From a virus: a stretch of DNA of 64,000 nt. The first letter of the stretch is position 1; each line of letters starts with the position of its first letter. The DNA lies in IMG/VR virus record IMGVR_UViG_3300025933_000001, positions 23,722 to 87,721 of that record; one strand, written 5' to 3'. The translations under genes and the position numbers were made by a program. Shown here piece by piece: positions 63,155 to 64,000 of this stretch. The notes under the pieces are model-generated. The model was not told the origin of the DNA. It ran no database searches and was given only the letters and a program-made list of their open reading frames with translations.

Positions 63155-63550
63155 TCATCGTTCCTGCCTATACTTGAATGTAAGAGGAATCACCCAGTAA
63201 CCATCATCTCTGCTAAAACCTGTACCAACTTGAGGTGGTTGTTCAATAGAAACAGTTCCTGTCTTCGGTACTACGGGATACAAAGCTTTTACACTTGTGA
63301 TAAGATCGCTTGCAGCTTTTGTTCCTACCCCTTCCGGGATACAAATGTTGATTTGCATTAACCCTGTTTCCCTCTCTGTGTCAGCATTAACTGAAGGGTT
63401 GATAGTTACAGACGCTAGAAACTTAATCTCCAAGAAAGCCTTGCCATTTGGTTTTGTAAATGGTACATTCTGCACTGAGACAGGAATTGCAGGAGACTGA
63501 GAAGCACCAAATGTAATTAACTTGCTTTCTAATTCACTGCGTATTGTCAT
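63155..63550 (-). CDS. tail terminator-like protein (DUF4128-like)
   Basis: NVPF..P...G..QINI..P.G.G pattern; gene position. Confidence 0.8.
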   Translation of the reverse strand: MTIRSELESKLITFGASQSPAIPVSVQNVPFTKPNGKAFLEIKFLASVTINPSVNADTERETGLMQINICIPEGVGTKAASDLITSVKALYPVVPKTGTVSIEQPPQVGTGFSRDDGYWVIPLTFKYRQER

Positions 63551-63972
63551 TTGTATTTAGCTCCTGCTATAATTACACTGTTACGGATAAAGCCTTCAGG
63601 AACATTCTTAGAATGTCTGTCATACTCAATTCTATGGAGGTAGGGTACGCTCGAACAGAAAGATAGAAACCCATCTTTACCGTAGAATGTACCAAGATTA
63701 GCTACAAGACTTATGCGCCCTAAACTACCAGCACCTGTCACATCGGAATGAGGGCCAAGCTTACTATCACCGTTTTCATCTACTTTAGTGAAGACAGTGG
63801 TGTTGTACCCATTAGCAGCTACATGGAAATCGTTGATAAGATTTCCTCTTAATACAGGACAGTTGTAGATAACTGTGGAAGCTAGATCAGCAAACACTGT
63901 ATAGCATTTCTGATCTATTTCCTGTTTCACCCTCTCTATATTCCTTTTTAGGCTATCTGTAAAACTTCCCAT
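63547..63972 (-). CDS. neck/tail-completion protein (HK97 gp10-like)
   Basis: PV..G.L...PY..RIEY..HS...P.G.IR. Confidence 0.75.
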   Translation of the reverse strand: MGSFTDSLKRNIERVKQEIDQKCYTVFADLASTVIYNCPVLRGNLINDFHVAANGYNTTVFTKVDENGDSKLGPHSDVTGAGSLGRISLVANLGTFYGKDGFLSFCSSVPYLHRIEYDRHSKNVPEGFIRNSVIIAGAKYK

Positions 63973-64000
63973 AAAGCCCTTTCTTATCTTGTAATTGTAG

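Noticed and set aside
1-64000. tRNA or rRNA genes; alternative genetic code
   Set aside because: No cloverleaf with a T-loop found by eye in intergenic DNA (tRNAscan-SE would be decisive); long genes are intact under the standard code

Overview
This is a 64-kb segment of a large AT-rich dsDNA tailed phage with siphovirus-type tail genes. The host is probably a betaproteobacterium (inference from DUF4214 repeats on the tape measure and a host-like lipoprotein). Layout: (1) 0-2.8 kb, rightward small genes and an HNH endonuclease. (2) 3.1-5.4 kb, a serine recombinase, a non-coding stretch with DnaA boxes and dense GNRA-loop hairpins, and an HTH-like ORF. (3) 5.4-15 kb, a leftward early/host-takeover block of tiny genes driven by near-identical sigma70 promoters. 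It is interrupted at 12.7-13.5 kb by a candidate ~440-nt structured ncRNA with an array of 6-7 phased TGTTG-N8-CAACA palindromes directly upstream. (4) 15-47 kb, a rightward replication and nucleotide-metabolism arm: HD alarmone hydrolase, 699-aa lipoprotein moron, ThyX, primase-helicase, family A DNA polymerase, SSB, exonuclease, metallophosphoesterase, MazG-like protein, NrdB/NrdA and several HNH endonucleases. (5) 47.3-64 kb, a leftward late arm: GH19 endolysin, holin, two papain-fold peptidases, tail fibre and tip, tape measure, tail chaperones with a -1 frameshift, tail tube and neck. I saw no tRNA, rRNA, CRISPR array or reverse transcriptase. Family assignments come from motif recognition by eye, not database searches.
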